Source: Dimorphilus gyrociliatus (lineage: Eukaryota > Animalia > Annelida). From it: a stretch of 64,000 nucleotides of DNA. The stretch is taken from contig CAJFCJ010000026.1 of the NCBI GenBank assembly GCA_904063045.1, forward strand, positions 801,717-865,716, in the 5' to 3' direction. How positions within the stretch are numbered: the first letter of the stretch is position 1; each line of letters opens with the position of its first letter. The position numbers and the translations under genes are program-made. Below are positions 1-11,855 of the stretch, piece after piece. The notes beneath the pieces are model-generated. The model was not told the origin of the DNA, did no database searches, and was given only the letters and a program-made list of their open reading frames with translations.

Positions 1-1830
1 CCAAAAAGTTATTGGATAAATGGAGTGAATCGTTCCAGGGTGAGCTTGAGGATCGAGTAGCAGAAATGAGAAGAAAAATAAGGAAATACTTGGCTATAAT
101 GGAAAAAGATTACGAACCAAAAGTAGAAACATCTACATCGGAGCAGCTGGGAGCGCGTCAAGCAAGCACAGAGTAAGGCGGTAGTAGCAGCTGCCGCAGT
201 GTGCGAAGTACGTCCTCTGGAAAGAGGAACTACAATGATTAAATGGCAGACAAATACGACGATGAAGAAAGACTGGTGACATAGTTGGAAAAGGGAAGAA
301 AAAGAGATATGACGCCGGAAAGGCGACACCCAAGTATCGAAAGAAATTAAAGTTCATTCGATAGCATTGCAAATTGTACCGACCGCGAACAATGGGAGCT
401 AACTCCATTGGGAGAGGCAATGCAAGATGGTTTCTCATTAAAGAATGAAAGAGAAGAATTTGGATGGAGAAAAAAGAGTGCATCATAGCCGAAGTTGACG
501 AAATAATCGAGAAAGAGAGGGAGAGAAGAAAAGAAATGGCCCGTAACGAAGCCGCACAGCAGAGGAGAGAGCAGAAGTTGATTATGATAATACAGGCCAC
601 CACAACTACTCGAATGGAAGATATAATTGCTAGAGCTGGAGGAGATGAGCAAGCTAGTTAATGAGCGAGTCGAAAGAATCCAAGATAGATTGATAAACCT
701 TGAAATCAAATCTCGTGAATGGAGAGTAAACAGTGAAAGAGACGCCGGTGGGCGAACAGACAAAAATTATAATGACTGGGAGTTACGACCTGTTAAACAG
801 AATAGCGCCTATTACCCCTATAATGTTTGAAGGTGAGATTGATATATTCGGCACGAGACTGTCCTGTTTCGCTGTAGTGGAGCGAATGATTGGGAGAAGC
901 TCGAGTTTCTGTACACCTAATTGGGCGACAACATAGAAGATTTCGATACTTCTCAATGGAAGAGTATAAAAGTGAAATGAGATTCCTAAGGACAAAGTAC
1001 GTGAAAGCAAAGTGTACATGTACCGACGCCTTTTCGAGACTAGAAAGATAAGGCAGGGTACCAGATGATGACAAGAGTAAACACGATTAATTAAGATAAG
1101 TCTTAAGAGAAGTATACGTCGATTATGAAGATAGGAGTGATTTGGAATGCGAGCACCTGAAAGCAATTACGGTCGGATTGGAATGATGAGCAGTCTAGAG
1201 CAGCATTAAGACCGTTCCTGAGAGATATGGCAGATTTCGTAGTCATGCAAAGCTTTGGAGGCCAATAAGCCAATAACAAAGAGTGAGCCAACAGGAGAGA
1301 AGGATAGCCGCCCAAAGAAAAAAGAGCTGGCATGATACTTCTGTGAGAAGTCACACCCGCTGAGAAACTGCCATCAATTCAAGAAAATGGATACAAACTG
1401 GTGAAAAGATTGAGGTTGTACGAGAACTGTATGGCTAGTAACCACAACCTATCAGAATGTTGGAAAACTAAGTGCAAAACATGTGGGGTAGCAAAAAATT
1501 ATATGCTACATCGCTGTGAGAACAAAGGCTACACCAAAAAGGGTTTGACGATGAAGGTCCCATAATCGAAAAGGAAACTTTAATGACCGCCCTGGAATTA
1601 AAAACTAAGAATAGCGGGTTAGTGCGAATTCAAGACAATAAGGCCGATATGATGATAATTACTCAAGAAGCAGCAAAAAGAATTAAATCAAAGCCAATGG
1701 CAAAAATGGAAATCGACCTTATGATGATGGAAAAGGTGGAAAGGCACAGAGCTATGAAACAAAAGATTATGATGAATAGGTGGGAACTGGAAGCCTTTGA
1801 ATACTCAAAATTCTTTTGACATTCATCTCG
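1..1830 (+). mobile_element. BEL/Pao LTR retrotransposon relic, lineage A (gag coiled coil, DUF1759-like region, Zn knuckles, decayed protease)
   Basis: Broken plus-strand frames: coiled-coil pieces (464-830) and FEGEIDIFGTRLSCF (733-936). At ~1333-1510 it reads *YFCEKSHPLRNCHQF...ENCMASNHNLSECWKTKCKTCG...YMLH, the Pao gag Cys/His cluster. ORF 1583-1819 has IQDNKADMMIIT, resembling the protease motif VLDTAADITLV at ~22.2 kb. Many stops and frameshifts. Confidence 0.8.
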
Positions 1831-2255
1831 TTTGAACGTGTCAATTATTACAAATACTTGCTTAATTTACGTCCAATCCTTCGTTCTACTTATATCAAAA
1901 AGATCTTTTTGGACGAATGTTTTGGGTGATAGTATTCCAAGTAAACGGAGGAGTCAAAACGTATAGTCGTTAAGGCATAATTAAGGCAAAATCTTTCGGA
2001 GCTTTCATAGAAGAATAAAATTTGGACAATAGATAGCATGAGCATAAGGAATAAAATGGTCTGGTATTATTTTTGGCGGCTCCTCTATTTACATTTTTTT
2101 GATGTATAAATTTATGCTGTATTTTATATTCTGAAAAAATCGTGAAATATCCTTTCATTCAGTTCTGGAAATTTAGATGTAAAAATAATAGTAATTCTTC
2201 TACTGGATTATTGGATTGGATTATTTTAAAAAGGGATTTCCTATTTTTCGATAAC

Positions 2256-2824
2256 TTATATTGTATTCTTTGTTTTGAATATAGAGTCCGAGTCTTGAAG
2301 AAACTTTTTTATGAAGTTGTAATATACCAGTTTGGTATTTTGTAAAACTTTTCCTCTGCTGCCTTCCATATATCTTCTCTTGTCTCGGAAAATATTGTAA
2401 TTTCGCATCCGTATTCTCCTTTTTGAAAAGAGTTCTATCCAACCGTTATCTGAAAATATTATTTCCTTAATATCATCTTGTGACTTGTCCAGCATATTCT
2501 AACAAAACATTTTCCTCTTTCTTCCATGGCATGCCTTTAGAGCAGGTTTCCTTGCGGCATTATGTCCTTTAAGTTTGCAATTATGTAACATTCACTTAAC
2601 AGGCTATCAATCATCGCCTTTTAACCTGGGCTTAACAACAATACAAGAGAAATCTTTCATTCATTCGAAAATCTTTTCCATATGATTTCAGTATCGTAGA
2701 TACAATATCTCTTAGTAAAAGGATTACTAGGTCCCTTTCCATTCAATTTCAATTCATCCGTAAAATTGACGTTGTGTCATCAATACATCAATACAAAGTA
2801 ATCACACTTTTAATAAAACTCTTT
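2256..2824 (-). mobile_element. Tc1-like transposase fragment (HTH end to first catalytic Asp)
   Basis: Reads LKGHNAARKPALKACHGRKRKMFC*NMLDKSQDDIKEIIFSDNGWIELFSKRR, matching the 15090 ORF. 2461-2824 is the reverse complement of 17129-17492. Confidence 0.75.
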
Positions 2825-2949
2825 CTCCATCTATATTCGTCTTCAAAATTTTAATATCTTTAGCATATTTTACTTGTTAAGGCTTCTCTTCCATCTCTGT
2901 TTTAATTAATTATTTGCTTTAGAACGGTTGTTCTAAAGAAGCTCTCTTA

Positions 2950-3480
2950 GTCTCTGGTTCATGATAAAACGCCCTTGTTCTTTAGTCAATTCATTTACTC
3001 TGCAACCATCTACTTTTTTGATTATCGTACACCAGGGTTACTCTCTTACATGTAGCATACGTTTTCAATAGGTGACAGATTTGGGCAGTAAGTAAGATAA
3101 AATTCTTCTCATAGAGCTTTCCTGAAAAATACATCACTTATTTTTTGAGATGGGACAAATACCACTCCTTGGTGAACTTCCGAGGCAAAAATAACTGGTT
3201 TTTTAAAATGTGTTAGCTGAAGCTTTCATCCTTTGAGCGACTGTTTTTGTTACATCTTTTAGGGTTTTTTCTATAGTTTTCCGTCGGACATTAAATTTCA
3301 AGAAATCGTAATTTAAGTGGTTGAATGATTGTTTAAATTATTCATCTTTTTCTATTTAACAATGATTTTCCTGTCTCAACGTTTCCACTTTTAACATATG
3401 TAGGTTTTACAATATATTGAATGGACGCTTGAGGAATGTGCATCATTTCTGGAATCTCTTCCTTGGAATATAATGTCTAA
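2950..3480 (-). mobile_element. Heavily deleted Tc1 relic of the same family as 11856-13279
   Basis: Minus strand gives HIPQASIQYIVKPTYVKSG (vs KIPKSSIQYILKPTNLKSG at 12174) and YCPNLSPIENV (vs YSPNLSPIENV at ~12810). Confidence 0.6.
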
Positions 3481-4098
3481 ATAACTTTTAAACTGGAACA
3501 TGTATCAAACATCTGCAAAAAAAAAAATATATAAAATTCTCAACAACCTAGTAATAAAAACATATTGATTACGTTTATAAATACCCTGAAAAGGTTCTTT
3601 GGCCATTGCACGTGTCTTCTTTTTCCTGTCCGCGAAAGTAGTTGCTGTCCACCTGTTATGTAACCTTTCTACTGCCATTGTGTAACTTTTCATCAACTCT
3701 TTTTACATTCCTTCTGTTCCTTTGAAGATTCTCAGGGTTAGGAAATGGCTCATAGTAATAATCTGCTTCTGTGGGCTTTTGTTGCTTTTCAAACATTGAT
3801 CATTCTCACTTCGTTGACATTGCTTAGTAACTTTCTTAATTGCTGAATTATTTCTTACAGCAATGTCGTCCTAATAGATTAATTTCAAGTGAAGGATGAA
3901 ATGCCTTAATTTACCAGGAACCGTTTGATCTTACTTTATTGAATGATGAAAGACGGACATTTACTAGTACAAATTAAAACGGTAGAAGATAGGTTATATT
4001 TGGATTAAACTGAAAGTTTTACCCGTTTGTGTCTTACAGCTAAAAAGAAATTACATAATATGTTTAGTCATAAATATTAATTAATGTCCTGAATATGT

Positions 4099-4981
4099 CT
4101 ATATAGCTTCGAATTCCCCATTATTGTCAATGCATGTTGGCCACCTGGCGGGAAGCATATCAATTCCTTTGGCGAAGTATTCACCCCGAAGATGGTCCTT
4201 AATTTCTAGAAAAGGTAATAGTCTGATGGTCTGGGCTGTAGGCTGGATGAGGAAAGACTACCCATCCAGTTGTTCTAAGATATTGAGTAGTTCATTGTGA
4301 TCTGGCCTTATCTTGTAATACTTTACTCTTTATTAGGCCTGATTCTATTAATTCTTTGTTTTAATCTCTTTAAAATATTGATGTAAATCTCTGAATTTAT
4401 TCTGACTTGCGAACTTGAAAATTCTAGGTGAATAAGCCTAGAGGAAACTTTGTATGATTCTCAAACGAAGCTCTTTTAGTCAATGGTTCTTGATAGAATA
4501 CCCATGTTTTATCTCCTGTAACAATCTTTGCCAGAAAATCATCTCCTTCACCATATTTTTCTAGGAGTTCTGTAGACCTCTCTACCCTTTTGTCTTTCTG
4601 ATACCAATCAAGTTGGTAGGGAATCCAGCTGGAGACAATCTTTCTCATCCCAAGACTGGAAATCAAATCTTCAACAGCAGCATGACCCATGTTCAATGTT
4701 TGAGATATCTCAGCCTGGCTTATTCTCCTATTATCTCTGATTAGAGCAACAACTCTCTCCTTATTTTCATTGTTACTGGCTGTTCTTGGACGTCCCCGCC
4801 TATCATCATCAAGTATATTTGTTCTTCCTCCTTTAAATTCTCTAATCCATCTTCTTACTGAACTTTCATCAAGTGTTGTTTTACCAAAAAAAGCTTTCAG
4901 TTGCCTTTGAATATCGACTGCAATAACTTGCTGTGATGCAAAAAATCTTTGCTTCATACAATCATCCATACCGTGCACCAC
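4099..4981 (-). mobile_element. mariner-family transposase pseudogene
   Basis: ORF 4424-4981 has mariner HTH motifs (SVRRW, RRGRPRT), WIPYQL (WVPHEL motif) and IVTGDKTWV. Frameshifted continuation reads LQDKARS, HPAYSPD and GIDMLPARWPTCIDNNGEF. No TIRs recognised. Confidence 0.9.
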
Positions 4982-5556
4982 TGAAGTCTCAATAACTTTT
5001 CATTTAGGTCTCACAAGTTGGGAAAACTGCATACCGTAAAAATATAAATGCAATTTGAAAACGAATGACAAAGTAGTACTTTTCCTAGGCATTAAACTCC
5101 TTATATTCCAAATAGATTATATTTTTTTGACTGCAAATTTAACTGCCGTTTTTATCATATCATTTTAATGATATTGATATGAATACAGTATATGAAGCAT
5201 CTAATGGTTTCTATTAAAAATCAACGCGTAGGAAAGTTCTCCTCCAGCCAGTTTTGCAGTTTTCCTATTTAAATTATTAGGCAGTGATAGAACATCTTTT
5301 GAATAATTATTTAGTCATTCATCTTGGATTTTCCCCCAGTCCATTCTCTTATCTCTTTACTTCTTTCGTTGATTCTGAAATCCTTAGACTGTTCATTCTT
5401 GAGGCATTTGTTACTATACTGATCATAGAAACCTGCAATATCGTCGCCTTCTAAACAAAAATATTCATTTATTATATAATTTACCTCGATTTCATTTATA
5501 TTATTTCTTTAGTCAATATATCATTATCTTTTATATCAACACCTACACAATTATTA

Positions 5557-7223
5557 ACATTTGAGAGGATTTTTCATTTCATTTTTTTACGTCTTCACCC
5601 TGCAATATTTATAAATGTATTTATTTTACAAGTTTCGTATTTTTAAGTCTCAGTTTTTATATCTTATGCTTCCTGGTTAGTTCATACAACCTTATTACAC
5701 TTTCCACACAATCTATTCTCAATTTGTTTCGAGATTCGTCAATTTTTCTTCGGCAGACGCCATTTTGACCACGTGTTTCTTAAAAAAAACTAGTTATGAC
5801 TAAAATGGCATTTGTCAACAAAATTTCCTCATATTTATATTCAGTAGATAGAATTTTGGTGAAATATGAATTTCAGCATCAAAAAGACAATTTTTTATTG
5901 AATTTGATAAATCAGTTAAATAATCACTTCTTTCGATCTAATAAAGCGTCAAAATGACATTCTTTTTGACATAGAATATATTTTGAAGTACATAGATACA
6001 AAATGTTGATGAAAAGCAACATGACAATGATTTAAAAAGCGTTAATCGATCATTATTTCCATCAGTAATATTTCATACAAATATTCATTTAAAAGAAGTC
6101 GCCATTTTGTTTCCAATTCAGAATATCAAAATGTCAGCTATTAACTTTTATTTGTCAGAATAATTGTGAAAAAGTTCAAAGTATTTAAAACGCAATTGAT
6201 AGAAATGAAAAAAACCAAAATATAAATGTTTAAATATCTGTCATGTGACATTTAAAGTTTTCAACATTTTTGCAAAATGGCACCACTGTTATTCAATTGT
6301 ATCGGTTGGATATTTTGATTTATCAGATTTGTGTGTAGATTATGAGAAATTTGATCATGTTTTTATTTGCACTTTCGATGGAAACCTTTAAGAATATAAG
6401 CCTAGAAAAACATGGCGTCAGTTGTTTTTCTCAACAATTTCAACACGAAATTCAATTTGTTATTTACGCTAATCGGAAGAGCTTTTTATTGAAATGAGAT
6501 GCACAACTCACAGTAAATACGATTAGAATGTTTAGAAGTAGAAGCTTGCGTTATATCTAGAATAAATGCAATCTAACTGTACGATAAAGGGTGAAGCAAC
6601 CGCAAACACACGTCGCACTCTCAACTTTCTTCGCATTAATTGCTTTTAAATCCTGAAAAATGTGTAAAATAAATGAAAAGTTTGCATGCAGTTTGATGAA
6701 AAGTTTCGAGAGAATTTTACGAAACCTTCCAAGTTGAAAAGTGTATAAATAGGCGAAAGCTGCGAGGTACAAATCAGTGTAAATCGGGTTAAGTATTGTG
6801 GTATTACAAGATCAGACACTACTCCTAAGATTGACGATTTTTTTTTTACGTAAGTATAACGTTAAAATTTTGCATTGCTGTAGAATTGTAATGGTTTGGT
6901 TCTTTTCAGGAGAAACGCCTTGACTTTACACTCCAATCGGAAAAGAAGCTGAATTTGGTCACAGTAGGGTAAAATTCCTTCTTGAAGATTGTCGTTCATT
7001 TCTTATGGACAACTCTGCGTGTGACAAGTGTTCTGGAAAAACGAAATGGAAGAGAAGCATCTCGACTGAATACGAAATTCTCTCTGAACGAAACAGCACA
7101 ACCTAAATCGAAAAGAAAATGCTGAAAGAAACTGTATATATTATGTTGAAATTTGTCTTTAACTGATCTCTCTATTCAATAAACATTACTTTGAACAAAT
7201 CATTTTAAGACTTGCGCATTTTT
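5557..7223. repeat. Direct segmental duplication block 1, copy a (partner 25629-27286)
   Basis: Colinear match. Core ~5.9-7.2 kb differs by only about ten changes; the left edge is clearly more diverged. Duplicated ORFs 6557/26628 give an offset of 20071. Confidence 0.95.
6744..6778 (+). promoter_or_regulatory. Candidate Pol II core promoter (TATA + Inr), also at 26815-26849
   Basis: TATAAATA at 6744 and TCAGT at 6774 with the A 32 nt downstream of the TATA start. Followed by a 60-nt GTAAGT...TTTTCAG intron (6850-6909). Confidence 0.5.
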
Positions 7224-7716
7224 GACTTTCATCTTCTGTTTAAATTACGAGTTTACTTGGTTAACTTCTTGTTGCTTAATTACAACAATCTTTTCATAAT
7301 CAACAAATGAATCCCTTGTTCTATAAGATTTCTATTATGTAATAGAAAAGAGTAATCAAATAACGGTTCCTTTATTTATATACGATTTATCGTACATTAC
7401 AAATTCCTGTTGATTAAAAATTGTTCAAAAGTTCCGAAAAGGAAGCATTGAATGTCATATTCATTGCATTCCCGGTGAACTTTAGGGCTAAAGAGTTTCG
7501 ATTGAACATAACCAACTATAATAAAGTATGCGTTGATCAGAGCTTGATTAGGGTTTTAGGTTAAAAGTATTAATTTATGGACATTTTATGTTGCATTCGA
7601 AGAATTTAACTGTCAAAAAATGACATATTCTTTCTGTATTTTTATGTAACAACATATAAAAGTATCGAGAATATCAGTAAAACGGCAACTACGAACGATA
7701 TTCTCTGTTCAATATA

Positions 7717-8251
7717 TTAGGTACGATGGGAACGTTTCCTTTTTTTCTCATTAAGATCATATGAAATCCATTTCCCGCTAATTTTTCTGTACCCAAGCTC
7801 CTTAATTATCTTTCCAACAGCTTCTTGACCAATATCCAATTTTCTGCTTATTTCTCTCTGAGATTTAGTCGGATCTTCTTTCAGAAGCCTGTCAATAGTG
7901 TCGCTATTTTGAGCTGTAACAGATGTCCTTGGGCGACCAGATTTTGGCAAATCTTCAAAGTTTTTTCTTCCTTTTTTTATATCAGATACCCATCTTCTTA
8001 CGGAAGCTTCACTAATAGTTTCGTCCCCAAAATAGCTTTTTAGCCGTGTATAAATATTCCTTGGAGAGGCCTTCTCATGCACTAAAAATGCAATTATTTT
8101 TCGTTGATCCGAACGCGTAGACATGGCTGAACAGTTAGAGCCGAAATGAAAGTTTACAAATTCAGCAAGACAATTGGAAAGTGGCAATAATATTAATAAG
8201 GCCGTTTTAAAATAACAGCAAAGTGTATGAAACTATCCCGATCGTATCTAA
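7717..8251 (-). mobile_element. Internally deleted mariner element with both TIRs, encoding only the DNA-binding half
   Basis: TA at 7715-16 and 8252-53 flank imperfect TIRs TTAGGTACGAT-GGGAACGTTTC / TTAGATACGATCGGGATAGTTTC. ORF 7717-8187 has two HTHs, KSGRPRT and WISYDL, and stops inside the 3' TIR. Confidence 0.85.
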
Positions 8252-8372
8252 TATTAGAATATTAAACTAAATTCTAAACCCAAAACGTTTAAATAATTAT
8301 TCAATACTTTCATTTTACGATTGTAAAACATCCATTGACCAAAATGATTAGCCTAAGTATATGCACTGCAAA

Positions 8373-9753
8373 GATATTTACCTTTTTATAGATATTGCAA
8401 ATCATACAATTCCAGTCTTTGCCACTTTCTTCGATTATCAGGTCGAGGTATCTGTAATTATTCCATACATTAGATTATAGTTTGTAAAAGAGTTAACACA
8501 AAATCCACTACTGTATTACTTAGTTAACCGATTCTTGCAAGTGCTTTGAGTATCGTTTTTTTACTTATTAGATTGATATCACAAACCAAACAATTTATTA
8601 TAAATCTTATTATTATTCAAATATTCCAAATTATATTAATCAATAATCTACAATGTTGCACTTTCTGTCAATTCAAAGCCAATTGTACAATGTCGATATA
8701 CCGTGTAATCAATGTAACGGTCATTGCAAAAACGATCATGTATGAAAAATAAGTAACAAAAATCAATATTTGAAGAAATGTGTACTTACTAAAAATTATA
8801 ATCTTTGCAAATTGACGAAAATGATCAATTTTAGTCAAATTATTAATAACCAAAAACCACTTATTATATTTCTCAAAATTCAAAATAACGCAATTTCTTA
8901 ATAATTAATATTTCGCAACAAAAATTATAAACTGGTATAAAGTGTATTACTGAAAATAGTTCCACCTCTTTTCCGAAATGCGGTGTCTCGAAACTTCTAT
9001 TTTCTTTTTTCGACTTTTCCTTTTTAAATGATGACTTATGTTCAATCTTTGATAATCGTTAGGAAACAATTGTAACTTTATCGTGAAGTAATACATAAAC
9101 AATATTTGATTTATAAAAAAAGAATCGGAATTTCAATAGTCAATTTAGTCTATATAAATAAATTGATTGAATAATTCTAAATAACAAACTATTGAATATT
9201 AACAACAAGACTTGTCATTTATTAAAATGTCAATATTTATTTTTACATTTGAAATAAACCGCTAATAATACTATGAATATTTCGTGATATGAAATTAAAA
9301 CCCGGTAGAATATTAAAATCGAAAGTAATCCTACCTCTTATCAAAAATATGGTGTCTTAAAAGTTCAACGTTCGGCGTGCTTTCTTCAACAAAAAGTTTA
9401 AAGTAATACGTAACGAAGTCTTCGGTAAATAATTTTCATTAAAACAAAAATTCATATTCTTTAGAGAGATCATTCTGGGAGGAATTGAATTATATGAATA
9501 ATTATGGTTTATGCAAGTTGACTCGAAACGAACTGAAGAGAGCGTTATTAGGAAAGAGAATAACATATGTTGCAGTTTTGCAAAGAATTGTAAAGAAATC
9601 GAATGTAAGCGTCAATAAAAGAGGACTGATATACTGTACATATTAGTATCTTATGATAAAAGTCTATCATATTGTGTATATATATGCAGTGAGAGACGAA
9701 TCTTTTCGTGCCATACTTAGTTTTAGCGTTTTCTACTAACTTTTCTCCCTTAG
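8373..9753. repeat. Direct segmental duplication block 2, copy a (partner 27663-29036)
   Basis: About 4 substitutions seen over ~8440-9450; both edges ~80-85% similar. Offset 19291 from duplicated ORFs 8546/27837. Confidence 0.95.
8382..8451 (-). pseudogene. 70-nt exon encoding a WxCxxC motif (Zn-finger-like fragment)
   Basis: AG|A TAC CTC...AAG|GT translates YLDLIIEESGKDWNCMICNIYKK. The paralog at ~27670-27741 has a +1 T frameshift. Confidence 0.45.
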
Positions 9754-10009
9754 CTAATCGAAATAACTATGTTTTAGATTTGAAGACATTAGAAATTTAT
9801 TTCAGTTTCCTTACGAAACAATGAAAAATTTCTTTAAAAATATTGTGTGATTAATTGATAATTTTTTCCTATACCCTTTGTATTTCACGAAAATGAAAAA
9901 CAATTCAAATGAATGTTTTTTTTTCTATTTTTTTATGTAAATAGTGTTTACTTTTTATTTTTATATAGAGTTGTTATATTTTTAATTTAAAGCCGTTTTT
10001 TTGCAGTAT

Positions 10010-11127
10010 TCCGATTGATTCGTCAGTCCAGAGACTCATGATGAAGCTTTTTCATCTCTTCCTTTCTCTTTCTGTTAAACTATTCAAGACATGGAGTAAT
10101 GGACCGAGCTTCCAAGCCTGATTACTATTAGATTTATTCAATATATTCACTACAGTAATTATCAAGCTACACTTCGAGCAGTCCGGATAAGGCTGGCTGA
10201 AATACTTTATCCTAATTCCACTGTGTCCGGAATAAGAAGGGTCTCTTTAAAAAATACAGAATATGTTGCTTAAGAAACTACAAGGAATAATTAACGAATG
10301 GCTAATTTTCTAGCAAAATTCGTTGGTCAATTTCAATATTGCGCCCTCGACTTAATGACTCCCATCTGCCATATCCCTAAAGATCAAGAGCTATAAATAT
10401 TGGAAATAATCGTTAGTAAATATCTGATGTGGAAATTCAATTCTCCATACTCCCGACACAAGAAGGAAATAATAGAATATCTTATTGGACTTATAAAAAC
10501 ACTATTATCTACATCTGAGCTGAAACTATATTTGCAATGTACCTTAAAATCTATCAGACTCATGGTTTCGGTTATTAAAAGCAATATGAACCAAAGACCT
10601 ATAAGCTTATATATGATTTAGGCGAACTGATCGTGATGTCACCCATCAATTTAAAATACTAAAAATTTCCATGGAAAACGACAAATATGACCCAGCAACG
10701 GTTATTGAGAAACGTCAACAACTGAGGAAGAGGTGCTTTTACTAAATTTTTCAATAACTTCGCGAAACGAAGAAAATGACGCAAAGGCCAGTAAAAATCG
10801 ATCTTAACAATAGACCAGTTAGTACTATACCTAGATTAACAGGCGATACATGGATTCGATCTTGTATCAATAGTCCGACAGATATCCGAATGAACCTGTG
10901 AGATTACACTGCACATGCGGGGTCGAAGGACGCATCATAGGCATAATCATCCCCTGACTCTTGAGCGAATCTCTTTTCTTTCCTTCTCCCTCGGCCAGTG
11001 TAGTCGTTGACCATTACGGCAGAATGAATTACGTCGCCGATGATTCCAATATTTTAACATTACGTTCTAAAATTTAAATCTCGGCCTCTATCATCTCTAC
11101 CACACGTAACTATTTTCAAATTATACA
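10010..11127 (+). mobile_element. BEL/Pao lineage B relic: integrase region plus partial terminal box
   Basis: Decayed homology to 35150-36268 (IHYSNYQATLRA; FQYCALD; WKFNSPYSRHK). TGTAGTCGTTG at 11000 follows a pyrimidine tract, as at 36244. Confidence 0.85.
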
Positions 11128-11855
11128 GTATATTTACAGTATCCATGTATTACATTGATGAATGAACTTTTCAAACAGCTGAAAACAATTGAATATTTTC
11201 TCATATTTTACTTTCTTTTACAGTGTTTCTAAAAAGAAATGTTTCGAATTTGATCTCTGTTAAGGAATGATGGCAAGCAAAGTGGCGTAAATGTTACGTC
11301 TCAAAAACTGTAGAACACGGATGTGTTGAAAATTTGCTTGAAAATCTTTATAGTCGATGAGAAAAATTGTCTTCAAGTGCATTTCTTTCCTTCTTGTTGG
11401 CGTGATTGAAAAGCTTGAAAAGCCTATGGAAATATGTGAGATGTATGTAGACGAAGGGAGGCTTTGTTGTGAAAAGTTGTGATGGAATATGGAGTTTATT
11501 ACGCATACCAAAAATCTATAACAAAGATACCATTTCGATGATGTTGCCCCATCACACTATTATCTTTTTGGGAAGTTTTCCGATTTATGAGGATGACATA
11601 GATCATTACCTTATAGCCTCAGATCCCACACCAGTTTCGAAACTTGGCAATATTTAACAACAGTTCCATGGACTATTATTGCCTAATTACGCCTGTAAAT
11701 CAAATATTTCTCCATCCAGAGATTATCTTTGTTGATTAATTACAATAAAATTACAATAATAAGGATGAAGAGAAAGAGGCCTTAAAAACATTTTTTTGGA
11801 GTGTGAAAGAGAGGTGATATTGTAATATTACTAAACAAGACGCAGTTGACATTTG

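Noticed and set aside
9-1354. Minus-strand ORFs 9-329, 133-603, 347-763, 783-1166 and others
   Set aside because: Antisense shadows of the purine-rich Pao gag strand.
11370-11480. Run of in-frame TGA codons suggesting Sec or an alternative genetic code
   Set aside because: The 36.7 kb homolog has TAA at some of these sites and a different frame is the conserved one. Intact genes in the window use the standard code.
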